Below are positions 49,550-64,000 of a stretch of DNA of 64,000 nucleotides, piece by piece (position 1 is the first letter of the stretch; each line of letters starts with the position of its first letter). The stretch is from Selaginella moellendorffii (Eukaryota; Plantae; Lycopodiophyta). Position numbers and translations under genes: made by a program. The stretch covers positions 3,464,880 to 3,528,879 of the forward strand of contig NW_003314261.1 of NCBI RefSeq assembly GCF_000143415.4. Reading direction: 5' to 3'. A model generated the notes under the pieces. That model had not been told where the DNA came from and searched no databases. It saw only the letters and a program-made list of their open reading frames with translations.

Positions 49550-50500
49550 TGTGAGGGCCAAGTGTATGGCTACGATGCCGTATACTAATATTAGCATAAT
49601 GGGATTTTGATAATCATTAGATTGGTTTCAATTTGGACCACTCGCTCCTGTATATAAGCTAGGGTTTTTGGGTTAATTGATATGCACATTTTCTGTATTC
49701 CCTTTCCATATTCTAAGCACTCACACATTGTGTTCAAGACAATTTTTATATTCTGTAGATATGCCAATAGCAAATCTAGATATTTTCCATAAATAGTAAT
49801 TGGGAGAACAAAACTAATACAAGATGCATGATAGCAAAGGTGTTTGGCAAACACAGTAAATTATCTTTTTGTGAATATTAAAAGACCAAACTCAATATTG
49901 CGGGGATTGCCAACATTAACAAGTGCAAGTCAATGAATAAGTTTTTCTAACTAAGTCAAGTATAGTTGATTAATAGCACTTAGGAATTTTGTCTTTATAC
50001 TCTTTTGGTCAAGTGCACATACGAAGACTAGTTTCTCAACTAGCTTGAGTAGAGACTGAAAAAAAAACTAACAATACTGACCTCTTGTATCATGGCAATT
50101 AAGAAAGAATATTTGAAAAAATTAATTGATAAGTAACTTTTGATACCAATAGTTACATTCACAACAACAAATCTCACAAAATCCTAATTCAAACAGCCCT
50201 TTAAGTACAATTAAAGTCGCCTTTCAATGTGAATACATGGAATATGGAAATAAAATATAAAAATATTTATATCAATTAATCCAAAAACTCTAGCTTATAC
50301 AAGAGCAAGTGGTTTGGATTAAAACCAATCAAACTTCCACTAAAATAATATTAATATATAACATTATAACTGTACACTTGGACTTCACATTATTTAATAG
50401 CAGATAATAGTGTAAAAAAATTATTAATAAAATAATTATACAACATGTTCTGATATGTTCTCGTCATCAAGTAAATACTTTAACAATCTCTAGGGAAACG

Positions 50501-53258
50501 ATGGGAGGAGATGGAGCTGGGATTGTCTACTGCATTGCGAGCCTTGACACCAAAGGTAAGGAGCTCGACTATCTCATCAAATGCATCTGCGAAGCCTTGG
50601 ATCTCTTCCACGCTCAGGTAGGCTGCATTTTATCTTCCTTACAACTCTTCCTTATGGAAAGGTCTCTCAGGCAAAGATCGTTACCGTAGATGTCTCAACT
50701 TCACAAGATCACGACTCCAAGAACACCGGCGACGAGTTTGTCAGCCGAGAAACAGTTCTCTCGCATCACCCAGATGCGAGATCTCGAGAATTATCTTCAC
50801 TGCCAGCGGAAAGAGGGGCGGCGACTTCCGTCATGGCCACTGCTCTGGAGGGCTTCCTCAGGACAAAATCCGCAGCCGCGGGGGCGATTGGAGTTGGAGG
50901 AAGCGGAGGAACTGGGATGATCTCCCCGGCTCTTAGAAATTTGTCCATTGGAATCCCCAAAGTTATCGTCTCCACGGTTGCTAGCGGCAACACGGCGGCT
51001 TACATCGGGTCGAGTGATCTCATATTGGTTCCATCGGTGGTGGACGTTGCCGGGATTAACAGCGTAAGCACCACCATCTTCGCTAACGCCGCAGCGGCGT
51101 TTGCCGGGATGGTAGCAGCAAGGGTGCCGAGAAAACTCTCTACTGCTGGAGTGATCCAGGAAAAACTTTCGGCAAGGCCGAGTGTTGGTGTGACCATGTT
51201 TGGAGTGACAACTCCCTGCGTGACCGCGGTTCGTGAGGAGCTCGAGCGGCGAGGATACGAAGTTGTTGTGTTCCATGCCACGGGCACTGGCGGAAAAGCC
51301 ATGGAAAATCTAGTAGCTCAAGGATTCTTCCAGGTTTTTTTTTTTTTTTTCTACGTTTTTTTCTCTTTTAGTTTCTTCTGATCTTTCACTTCCAGGCAGT
51401 GCTCGATCTTACTACCACCGAGGTGGCCGATCACATTGTCGGTGGTGTAATGGCTTGTGATGAGAATCGATTCACGTCAACCGTGGAGAAAAAAATTCCT
51501 CTTGTTCTTAGCCTTGGAGCTCTCGACATGGTGAACTTTGGAAGCAAGAAGACAGTCCCTTCGGAGTTTTCTGGACGTAAATTCCACGTCCATAACAGCC
51601 AGGTACTCGCTGAGCTCGCTTAACTAAACATTGTTTTCCTTCTCGTAGGTGACTTTGATGCGGACAACAGCAGAGGAAAATCGAAAGTTTGCAAAGTTTA
51701 TAGCCGAGCGTGTCAACAGATCTTCGTCTCCTGTTCGGATCTTGTGCCCTCTCAAGGGAGTTTCAGCGCTTGACGCCGAAGGCATGCCATTTTTCTGTCC
51801 TGAGGCAACAGATGCTTTGCTAGACGAGCTCAAGAAAGAAATACATCAAACGCCGGACAGACAGGTATTTTCGCGAAGTTTTAGATGGTTTCTAACGATC
51901 CATCGTCTTGCTCCATTGCAGCTAGAGTTCCTTCCTTGCAACATAAATGATCCCGAGTTCTCTCGAGCTGTCGTCAAAGCATTTCTGGAACTCGTGCCTC
52001 CCGTTGATCAGGCGAAAATTCCTCCAGCTGATGAACTTGACAATACCTCGACTAAATCTACCAGCGTCACGAGGAAACCTCCACTTCCTAGTATCAGAAA
52101 AGACGCAAAACCAGGTAGCTATTTTTGTTTGATCCACTCACGCACACACTGTTTTATCGTTCCAGAAACAGTTCTAGCACGCGAGACAATCCTCGCAAAT
52201 CTGAAGAAGCAAATTAAAGATGGAGCTCCTGTAATCGGTGCTGGCGCTGGGACTGGAATATCTGCAAAGTTTGAGGAGGAAGGAGGAGTGGACTTGATCG
52301 TCATCTATAACTCTGGACGCTTCCGGATGGCCGGGAGAGGTTCTCTCGCGGGTTTGCTACCGTTCAAAGACGCCAACGCTGTCGTTGTAGACATGGCCAA
52401 CGAAGTTCTTCCGGTAAGTTTCATTGATTTTTCATTTTGTGGTTCATCTCTAGCTCAAGTTTTACAAAACTTTTTCCAAAGAATTACTTGTTTTTGTCTC
52501 CTTACAGGTTGTGAAGAAAACTCCAGTTCTTGCTGGAGTCTGCGCCACAGATCCTTTCCGGCAAATGAGTCGCTTCCTACGCGAGCTCGAGCAGATTGGA
52601 TTTGTCGGTGTGCAAAATTTCCCTACTGTAGGACTTTTTGACGGGAACTTTCGACAAAACCTTGAAGAAACTGGCATGGGATTCGGGTACGTAGTTTTCG
52701 AGATACAATACTCTTGAGAAAGACGGGAAGAAAAAGAGACACTACTAACACTGTTTAATCACACAGGGTGGAAGTAGAGATGATAAAACAGGCTCACGAA
52801 ATGGGACTTATAACAACACCGTATGCGTTTAACGAGGAAGAGTCACGAGCAATGGCACAAGCCGGCGCGGACATAATCGTGGCTCATATGGGACTCACCA
52901 CCGCCGGCTCCATTGGTGCTAGCACCGCTCTCACGCTCGATCAAAGTGTTGATCGCGTCCAAAAGATCGCCAACGCTGCCTCGGAGATAAATCCAGACGT
53001 CATAGTCCTGTGTCACGGAGGTACGTGATTTCTTTCGTCAAAACCAGCAAAACTAGTCAAAAAAAAAACTTGGAAGATCGATTGATACTGATTAGAATTT
53101 TCTTATCAGGACCGATCGCTGGACCCGAGGACGCCAAGTATGTTCTCCAGAGAACCACGGGAGTTCATGGATTCTATGGAGCTTCTAGCATGGAGAGATT
53201 GCCAGTGGAGAGAGCTATACGAGAGACCGTGTGCCAGTACAAGGCGATCACAAAATAA
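50501..53258 (+). CDS. Tm-1-like protein (UPF0261 ATP-binding N-terminal domain fused to a PEP-hydrolase-like TIM barrel)
   Basis: [133 protein letters not shown]. Confidence 0.93.
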
Positions 53259-53630
53259 ACGCTCCAGATTTTGCTCTCCTAAGAGGCGCCAGATTGAACG
53301 GCCAGGATTTGAGGGGCCGTAAATTTAGAATGTTTATTAGGAAATAGAATATACCACAAACAAATTAAAGCTTCCCCACACAAGCGCTTCGTCTTTATCC
53401 CGGATGCCGATTGTTTACCGCCTAGGTAGCTTGGAGCCCTAAAATGGGAAGAATGCGTTCACTGGCGCGCCGGGGAGGGATCGGCATTCCACGAGCTTGC
53501 AGCTGTTTGAGCTTCGCGATGGATCATTGAGCGGGATCTGGGCGAGGAATTTGCTCGCTTGCGGCAGATCTGGCAGCGCGAAATGGCGCATTTTGAGGTA
53601 GCTATGTGAGAATTCCCTCGGTTCCATTCC

Positions 53631-55248
53631 ATGGCCTGGAAATACAAGGCTGGATTGGTGCTTCTCTCCACGGTCGTCGTGATATGGGTCACTTCGGCGG
53701 AAGTCACACAGGTATGTCGGTTTTCTTTCCTTTTCGTGGACTCTTTCTAAGTCTTTGCCTCGAATTTTTCTCTTTTTCTCCGTAGAAAATTTTCGAGGCT
53801 TACAAGCAACCATTTGCGCTTTCCTACTTGGGAGCGTCGCTTATGGTCGTCTACTTGCCGTTGTCGGTGCTCAAAGACTGGATCTATTCTTACTTCCAAA
53901 GGCGCTATAGGAAAATTCAACGAGAAAACTCAGATGGTGGTGGTGGCGTGCTGGATTCTCCATCCAAGAGAAACCGCGTCAAGGCCAGTGATATGGAGCT
54001 ACAGCATCTCATGCTCCAGGAAAATGGGAAAGATGTCGAAGCTCCAGGAGCCTCTGTGAAACCTTCTTTGGCGTCAAAGCTAGCGCCAGAGAAAGTAACT
54101 TGGACAGACTGGGATGTTGCAAAGGCATGCCTCTATCTGGCTCCTCTTTGGCTACTCACAGAGGTAACTCGAGATAGAAGTTTTTCTTTGGGATTTCCGG
54201 CAGCCAAACTGACGTGTGTTTGTTTTCTAGTACTTGTCGAACGCCGCCTTGGCCCATACGAGCGTTGCAAGCACAACGATTCTTTCGTCTACCTCGGCAC
54301 TGTTCACGTTGATGTTTGGAACGCTGTTGGGGCAGGACCAGTTTAACGTCTTGAAAGTCGTGTCAGTGCTCATAACGATCATAGGAGTGTTCATGACAAC
54401 ACTCGGGCGGACATGGGCGAAGGATGACGTGCAAGCAACTTTGTCGAGGTAGCTGATCCATTTTCTTTTCTTTCTCCGCTTTTCCTGAAGTTTTCATCGG
54501 TTGTTTTCAAGGCCGAGCAAGCATGACATGGTTGGAGACATCCTGGGGCTCTCTTCGGCTGTTACGTATGGTCTCTTCACAGGTAAGCTGCCGTTTGGAA
54601 GGTTTTCTTCCGCTGAAAAGTCCTTGGCGTGTACGCAGTCTCGCTGAAGCGAATAGCCGGGGAAGATGGAGAGACTGTGGATGTCCAGAAGATTTTCGGA
54701 TTCATTGGATTGTTTACACTTATTGGCCTCTGGTGGCTCAGTGAGTATTTCCTTTTTTACTTCTGTTTTTCGTATTCTTTTCTTGCAGAAAGATTAAAAC
54801 TGGCTTTGTTGTTGCAGCTTGGCCACTTCATGCACTCGGCTTGGAGCCGAGTCTAAGCATACCTCGGTCGGCAAAGGTGGACGAGGCTGTTCTTGCAAAT
54901 AGCTTCATTGGCAGTGTTCTCTCCGATTACATTTGGTGAGTTTTTGGAAAATGTAGATGGGCATTTCGTCACAAATCTTTGTTTACTTTCTCGCAGGGCA
55001 TTGTCAGTGGTATGGACGACGCCTCTCGTGGCAACGCTAGGAATGTCGTTGACAATACCCTTTGCCATGCTAGCTGATATGGTTGTCCATGGACGCCATT
55101 ACTCGGCCATTTACGTTCTTGGCTCGGCTCAAGTAAGTCCAGTGCTGGATAGATTTTGTGTCTGATTCCAGCGTTTGATCGCCAGGTTTTTGCCGGATTT
55201 ATGGTTGCCAACCTGACAGATCACTGCTCGCGGAAGATCGGTTTCTGA
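53631..55248 (+). CDS. EamA/DMT-family transporter (SLC35F5/THI74-like)
   Basis: [76 protein letters not shown]. Confidence 0.9.
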
Positions 55249-55612
55249 CGAGAAGTGACTTGTATACACAGTTCCAAAAGAGGCTCGCGTTTGTAAACAC
55301 TGACTGAGTTTTTCTCTCTCTTTTTTTTGTTTGATTTGCTCGGGTGGGAGGAGAGATTTTTCGCTCGCCACCATTCCAAAACTGTAACATGGATTGTTCC
55401 AATTGGGAATTTGCACAGTTTTCCGTGTGTTATTTCTCTATATTTTGCTATATTTAAGACACAGTGTTTTTTAGCACTTATTTCTAGACAAAACTTAAAA
55501 TGTAATAAAAGATTGAGGAAAATGAAAAATGCCGAATTAGGACGTTGATTGGTTTATATATGGCTCTAGACCGGTTAAATACGCTGATTGTCAAATTAGG
55601 AGCCGAGAAAAG

Positions 55613-58600
55613 ATGGCTGCAATGTTTTGGCTCCTGGTTTCCGTTTGTTTCTTTTTTCAATTCCAGGTCGAAGCCTCCAAGGTTTGTAAAAAGCTGGGAT
55701 ACCCAAATTCCCGAGTTAACATCCTTCGTATTGTATTGCAGCCCGCAAAACTTCACATTGTCTACTTGGGGCATTCGGACCCGGAGTTGCATCCGGACGC
55801 GATCGCGGAGTCGCACTCGTCGCTTCTCGCGGAAACAATTGGAAGGTAAGATCGAAAAAAGTTTATCAAGTCGATCTTAGGAGGGAGTTTTCCTTTGCTA
55901 CCACCCAAACAAAGTTGGCGTTGGAACCCTAAATTATGATTTGGATGGAACAGTGAGGACGCGAGCGAGGCGCTCATTTATTCCTACAAGCACGCTTTCA
56001 GTGGATTCGCGGCCAAGCTCACGGACGAGCAGGTCGATCGCATTTCTGGTAATTAGCGCCGGCGCTATTAGAGAGATCCAACTCTCTCTTGTTCTTGTTT
56101 TCTTGGAAATCCAGGTCTCCCGGGCGTGATTTCCGTCTTCCCCAGTGGCATTTCAAAGCTCCACACGACTGCGTCGTGGGATTTCCTAGGCTTGTCGGTG
56201 GATCGCCGCGGGAGGAAGCATTCCTTGTCCAGGGTGGGCGGATCGCTGTGGAAGAACACGGATTATGGCAAGGATGTTATCATCGGCTCGCTTGACACTG
56301 GTAAGGTTCTCGCATTCTTCCATCTCGATCTTCTTGTTTGCATTTTCGAAGTTCTTGGATCTCATTCGTCTTGTAAGATCTCTTGTTTGCTCTTGATCTT
56401 TTTCCTTCGCCTTGTCCCATCTCAATCTTCCTTGTTTGCGATCTTTTTCCTTTGGCAAATTTTCATTTCTAGATCTCTAGGATCTTAATGAATATCATGT
56501 CGATTGCCAGGAGTGTGGCCGGAGTCCGAGAGCTTCTCCGATGAAGGAATGGGTCCGGTTCCCAGCCGGTGGCGAGGAATCTGTCAAGCCGGCCAAGCTT
56601 TCAACTCCTCGCTATGTAACAGGTGAGCTACAAACTCCAGGATCGAGAAACTAGACTCTTTATGTTCCTTCTCACAGGAAAATCATTGGCGCTCGATACT
56701 ATTACAAAGGCATGAGGGCCGAAAACATCTCCGCGGCCGGAGACTTCTTCTCGGCCAGGGACAAGGAAGGACACGGCTCGCACACCGCCTCCACGGCCGC
56801 TGGACGATTTGTGCCAAACGTTAGTCTGCATGGCTATGGTAATGGGACCGCCAAGGGAGGGGCGCCGTTCGCGAGGCTGGCAATCTACAAAGTTTGCTGG
56901 CCTCTAGGCTGCAGCGAGGTCGACATCCTTGCCGCCATGGATCAGGCCATCGAAGATGGAGTGGACTTGATGACGCTTTCTCTAGGGGGAGATCCAGGGG
57001 AATTTTTCTCCGACGCGACAGCAGTTGGCGCCTTCCACGCTGTCCAGCGAGGGATCCCCGTGGTTGCCTCGGGCGGTAACGCCGGGCCGACGCTCGGGGT
57101 AGTTTCCAACGTTGCGCCGTGGATCGTCACGGTGGCTGCTAGTACCCTGGACAGGAACTTCTCGTCGAGAGCTGTGCTTGGGAATGGTGCAGTGTACAAG
57201 GTGACGAACTTATGTTTCGATCGATCGTGGTTTTTACGTTTGCTTTTCTACAGGGTGAGTCGATCTCTTACAAAGAGCTTAAGCCGTGGCAGTACCCGCT
57301 CATTGCAAGCAAGGATGCCTTTGCACCAACTTCAAATTCATCGCGCAGGTAAAGCTTTTCTTTGTTCCAGTTCTTTGAAAGGCAGCACTGATTCTTGACG
57401 TCCTTTTGGATTGCAGCGAGTTGTGTGTGGTGGGTTCCTTGGATCCCGAGAAGGTGAGAGGCAAGATAGTGGCTTGTTTGCGCGGTGAAAACAGTCGCGT
57501 TGACAAGGGCCATAATGTCCTCTTGGCTGGTGGTGCTGGAATGATCCTTTGCAACGGACCGGCTGAAGGAAACGAAATTCTGGCCGATGACCATTTCGTG
57601 CCTACGGTTCATGTTACTTATACTGATGGAGCAGCAATCTTCTCGTACATCAACGCTTCCGAGTACGTAAAGCTTCCTTTTTCCAAGCTGACTGTTTTCT
57701 TTACGCAGGCATCCAACAGCTTATATCACCCCTCCAGTTACAATGTCAGGTGTAAAGGCTCCTGTCATGGCAGCGTTTTCATCTCCAGGTCCAAACGTCG
57801 TTGTTCCGGACGTGCTCAAGGTAAGATGCTCGAGATCTCTCTAATTGCTTAGTGACTGTGGCTCCTGTTACGCAGCCCGATATCACTGCTCCGGGAGTAG
57901 ACATCATAGCGGCGATCAGCCCAGCCAGCGGAGACGGGAGCTATGGAAGCATGTCTGGAACATCCATGTCGTGTCCCCATGTCGCGGGGATGATCGCTCT
58001 CCTCAAAGCTTATCACCCAGAGTGGAGTCCCGCGGCCATCAGATCAGCACTGAGCACCACAGGTATGCTACTACAGAGTTCCAAGATGATATAAGAATCT
58101 CACTCAATTCTCGTAATAACAGCAACCGTGGTGGACAACAAGAAAAATCACATTCTCACCAACGCTCTGGAGAGAGCCACGCCTTTCCACTTTGGAAGCG
58201 GTCACGTCGATCCCAATGCGGCAGCACACCCGGGCCTGATCTATGACGTATCCGAGAGCGACTACATCGCGTTCCTGTGCGACCTGTATGATTCGGTCGC
58301 CGTCGCGCTCATCACCGGCAAGCGGGGGATAGATTGCAGCACAGTGGCGCAGCCGGCGAGCGCTCTCAATCTCCCCAGCATCACTCTCTCCAACTTGACA
58401 GGGGTGAAAACGGTGACCCGGTTCGTGACCAATGTCGGGGATTGCGTGTCGACGTATTGGCCCAAGATCGAAGCTCCGGAGGGCGTGTCCGTGAGTGTCG
58501 AGCCGTCCGAGCTCGCCTTTACTCAAGCGGGCCAAACTCTAGCTTTCAACGTTACTTTTAACGCAACGATGCCACGCAAGGACTACGTGTTTGGATCTCT

Positions 58601-58664
58601 CACCTGGAAGAGCTACAAGCACAAAGTTAGAATACCACTCACTGTGAAGGCCGCATTGGCGTGA
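55613..58664 (+). CDS. Subtilisin-like serine protease (S8A; I9 prodomain, PA domain, FnIII)
   Basis: Signal peptide, [28 protein letters not shown], catalytic [11 protein letters not shown] and [10 protein letters not shown]. Confidence 0.95.
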
Positions 58665-58742
58665 TGGAAAAAACTTCGATTTGATTTGATCCACAACTGT
58701 TCTCAATTTGATTCACAACTGTTCTCGATCAGCTTCTCTGGC

Positions 58743-59947
58743 CTATGCATTTACAATCATCCCTCCTGCAGAGAAAAACGAGTAACTTAAGAGCTCCTTG
58801 ATAGAGGAAGAAAAGATATATACTATACCGTTTGGATGAAGGACTTGTCCAGTGAAGAAGGCAGCGTCCTCCGAGGCGAGGAAGACGTAGGAGGGAGCAA
58901 TGTCGTCCGGCTGCGCAGCTTTTCCCATCGGGCACTGCTCGCCAAAGTGCTCGGTTTGCTCGGGCTCCGGCGACGAAGCTGGGATTAAAGGAGCCCACAC
59001 TGGACCTGGAGCAACGCCTGGAGGAGTAGCAAGCAACAATTGGTTTGGACAAAAGGTGGACGAGAATTATGAAACAAGGACGAGCTTACCATTCACACGA
59101 ATTCCTCTATCCACGAGGTTGAGAGCGAGAGACCTTGTGAAGCCGACGATGGCTCCTTTGGTGGACGTGTAGTCGATGAGAGTCTTGTTTCCTTTGTAGG
59201 CGTTCACAGAGGTGGTGTTGATGATGCAGCCCTCGCCTTCCTTCATGTGAGGCACGGCATACCTGTGTCGTAGAGAGGCAACTCAGTTTTGATTGATACT
59301 AGAGAGGATTTACCTGGAGAGATAGAAGTGGGAGAATATGTTGGTTCTAAACACGCGTTCCAGCTGCTCCGGCTTGAGGTCCTCGATCTTCTGTACGCGG
59401 TACTGCTCGGCGGCGTTGTTGACGAGTATGTCAATCCTCCCATAAGCTTTCACCACTTCGTCAACAATCTAATGCGATCGACAAGAACATAACCGAAAAA
59501 AGAATCGTCACGAAAGTTTCTCTTGAAGTCTGCAAAACTCAATCGGGCTTGCCTTTTTGCAGTTCTCGTCGTAACCAATGTCGGCTGGGATCATGATCGG
59601 ATCCTTGGCATGCGCGGTCTTGGCCTCCTTGATCATATGGATCGCTTCCTCCGCGTCCTTCTCCTCTTTCCCAGGCACGTAAGTTATGGCGACACTGGCG
59701 CCCTCGAGGCTATAGAAGTAAGCCACAGCTCGCCCAATGCCGGAGTCTCCCCCAGTTATCAGAGCCACCTTATTCTGTGGGACACACAAGCATCAAATCG
59801 AACAAGCCCGAGATTTGAAAATAGCAACGACTTAACCTTGAGCTTGTCCGATGGCTTGTAATCCGAGCGCTTGGTGCGGGGATGGGGATCCATGACGTGC
59901 TGGACTCCAGGCTGCGACTCCTGCTTCTGCGCTGGGAAGGTCGCCAT
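58743..59947 (-). CDS. Glucose and ribitol dehydrogenase-like short-chain dehydrogenase/reductase
   Basis: FPAQKQESQPG..HVMDP.P, VALITGGDSGIGRAV, ILVNNAAEQ, INTTSV, YTSTK, RVNGVAPGPVW, TGQVLHPNGG. An in-frame upstream ATG lies at 60076. Confidence 0.93.
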
Positions 59948-60562
59948 AGCTCTCGCTCCGGGACACGATCGAGAAAAGGCCCTGCTCGTTCTTGTGTAAA
60001 ACCTGGACACAAACGCTCCTCTTCTCGCTGGGAGTCCCCCTAAAACGAGAGCCGCTGCCCTATCAAAGCAATACATGCGCGAAATCGTTCAAACGCATCA
60101 TCATAGCAAGCGCCAAAGATTTTATTCGCCGGGGATGGCGCCACATCATGCACTGCATGGGGTTGCGTGGGGCTGTGTTCACGTATCCACGTGTGATTTT
60201 GTTCTCTCGGCAAAAATTTACATGCCTTTGTAAAAATCTCCAATCTTTGGTGAGCGCCATTCCAGTTCTCTATATTTTATTTATGTTAATATCGGATGTG
60301 TAAACGTAAATTAATGTACGTGTAAAAAGGTTAAGGGACTAAAGGTTGAAAGCGCTGGATGGTATCGGACGGCTGGTTTTGTATTCCGGATGATATGTCC
60401 ACCCTGGTTCCTCACTCAATTTAATGCGCAGGAATAATATCCGCAAAAGCAAAAACAAGAGAATCACGTAAGTTTGACTGCTGCTTCATTCCTCCACATG
60501 TTAGCAAGAACACGGAACAAAAATTATAGGGTTCTTCGGCGGTTTCTACCTCCTTCCGGCCA

Positions 60563-63422
<2,860 letters not shown>

Positions 63423-63702
63423 AAACCACGAATAATTTGAAGCTGACAACATCTCGTTTTCTTCTCAAGCTGAACCTACGAGACTAAATTATTAGAACAG
63501 AAAAGGTATCGTTTCCGCTATATTCCTTATTCCAGGTGAAAAGATGGTGTACCTCATAGCTTGTACCATTAGATCACTCTCTTGGTGGAAAGATGGTGTA
63601 CCTTCTAGCTTGTAGATCACTCACCTTGTGTGAGATTCACTGGGCCAAAAAACATTGTCTCCACATATCTCAAGAGAAAATGGTGTACCTGAGAAGTAGC
63701 TC

Positions 63703-64000
63703 TTAGTTTGCGCCATTGTAGACTCGCACGCGCTGCTGGATCCTCGTTCTGCAAGACGGGCACTCGGCCATCCCCTTCCTCTCGTGCAAATCGTTGCACT
63801 TGACGCACACCACCTGGTGAGCACACGGCAAGAACACCACAGAGATCTCCTCGCACAGGCACATGACGCATTCCCTGTCCCTCCGGACGCCCCACGCCAT
63901 CGGCATCGCGTCCTGCTCGCTCAGGTCCAACAAGCTTAGCTCGCTAGCACCGAACTTGAGCTTGCAAACTTCCTGCTCCAGCTTGTGTATCTCGTCCCTG
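63703..64000 (-). CDS. C-terminal coiled-coil + C3HC4 RING E3 ligase (RF298/PIR-like), 3' end only
   Basis: RDRECVMCLCEEISVVFLPCAHQVVCVKCNDLHERKGMAECPSCR. Stop at 63703. Confidence 0.9.
   Translation of the reverse strand, partial: RDEIHKLEQEVCKLKFGASELSLLDLSEQDAMPMAWGVRRDRECVMCLCEEISVVFLPCAHQVVCVKCNDLHERKGMAECPSCRTRIQQRVRVYNGAN

Larger units (their letters stand above)
27904..49725 (+). mobile_element. Nested Ty3/gypsy LTR-retrotransposon island framed by element A (5' LTR stub 27904-27928; 3' LTR 49550-49725)
   Basis: TGTGAGGGCCAAGTGTATGGCTACG is identical at 27904 and 49550. PPT AGAGGAGGGGATGA precedes the 3' copy, which ends CTCACA. Confidence 0.8.

Noticed and set aside
63536-63695. 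Short direct repeats (AAGATGGTGTACCT, 2-3 copies; also a 22-bp duplication at 58685-58727 and GATG/GATC runs at 60670-60710)
   Set aside because: Ordinary slippage-type duplications in UTR or intron sequence with no supportable function.

Overview
Gene-dense land-plant nuclear DNA with very short GT-AG introns (many 46-60 nt) and tiny intergenic spacers. This pattern points to the lycophyte Selaginella (probably S. moellendorffii; inferred, not searched). The left block (1-26.6 kb) holds a GDSL lipase (5' part), a DUF4091/GH123-like gene, an F-box pseudogene, a TT8/GL3-type bHLH, G-protein alpha GPA1, PrxIIF, an OTU-like protease, an At2g24100-like PH-domain gene, a staphylococcal-like nuclease, an NPH3/BTB gene, a GPI-anchored LTP, a nuclear-encoded mitochondrial-type rps13 and CSN5. 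The centre (27.9-49.7 kb) is a ~22 kb island of nested, decayed Ty3/gypsy LTR retrotransposons (at least four families, here called A-D). It contains a solo LTR with an intact TSD, a full-length chromovirus, an inversion that splits an integrase and a fold-back repeat. The right block (50.5-64 kb) holds a Tm-1-like fusion gene, an EamA/SLC35F5-like transporter, two subtilases flanking a glucose/ribitol SDR, and the 3' end of a RING E3 ligase. No clearly new multi-gene system is visible. The best candidates for novelty are a non-tRNA-Met primer-binding site that is 13/14 complementary to its own LTR (possible self-priming), a hairpin + poly-G + TATAGT module shared by unrelated LTR families, a Gα lacking the angiosperm beta2-beta3 insert, and a presequence-less transferred mitochondrial rps13. 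Exon coordinates were derived by hand, and family assignments come from recalled motifs rather than database searches.
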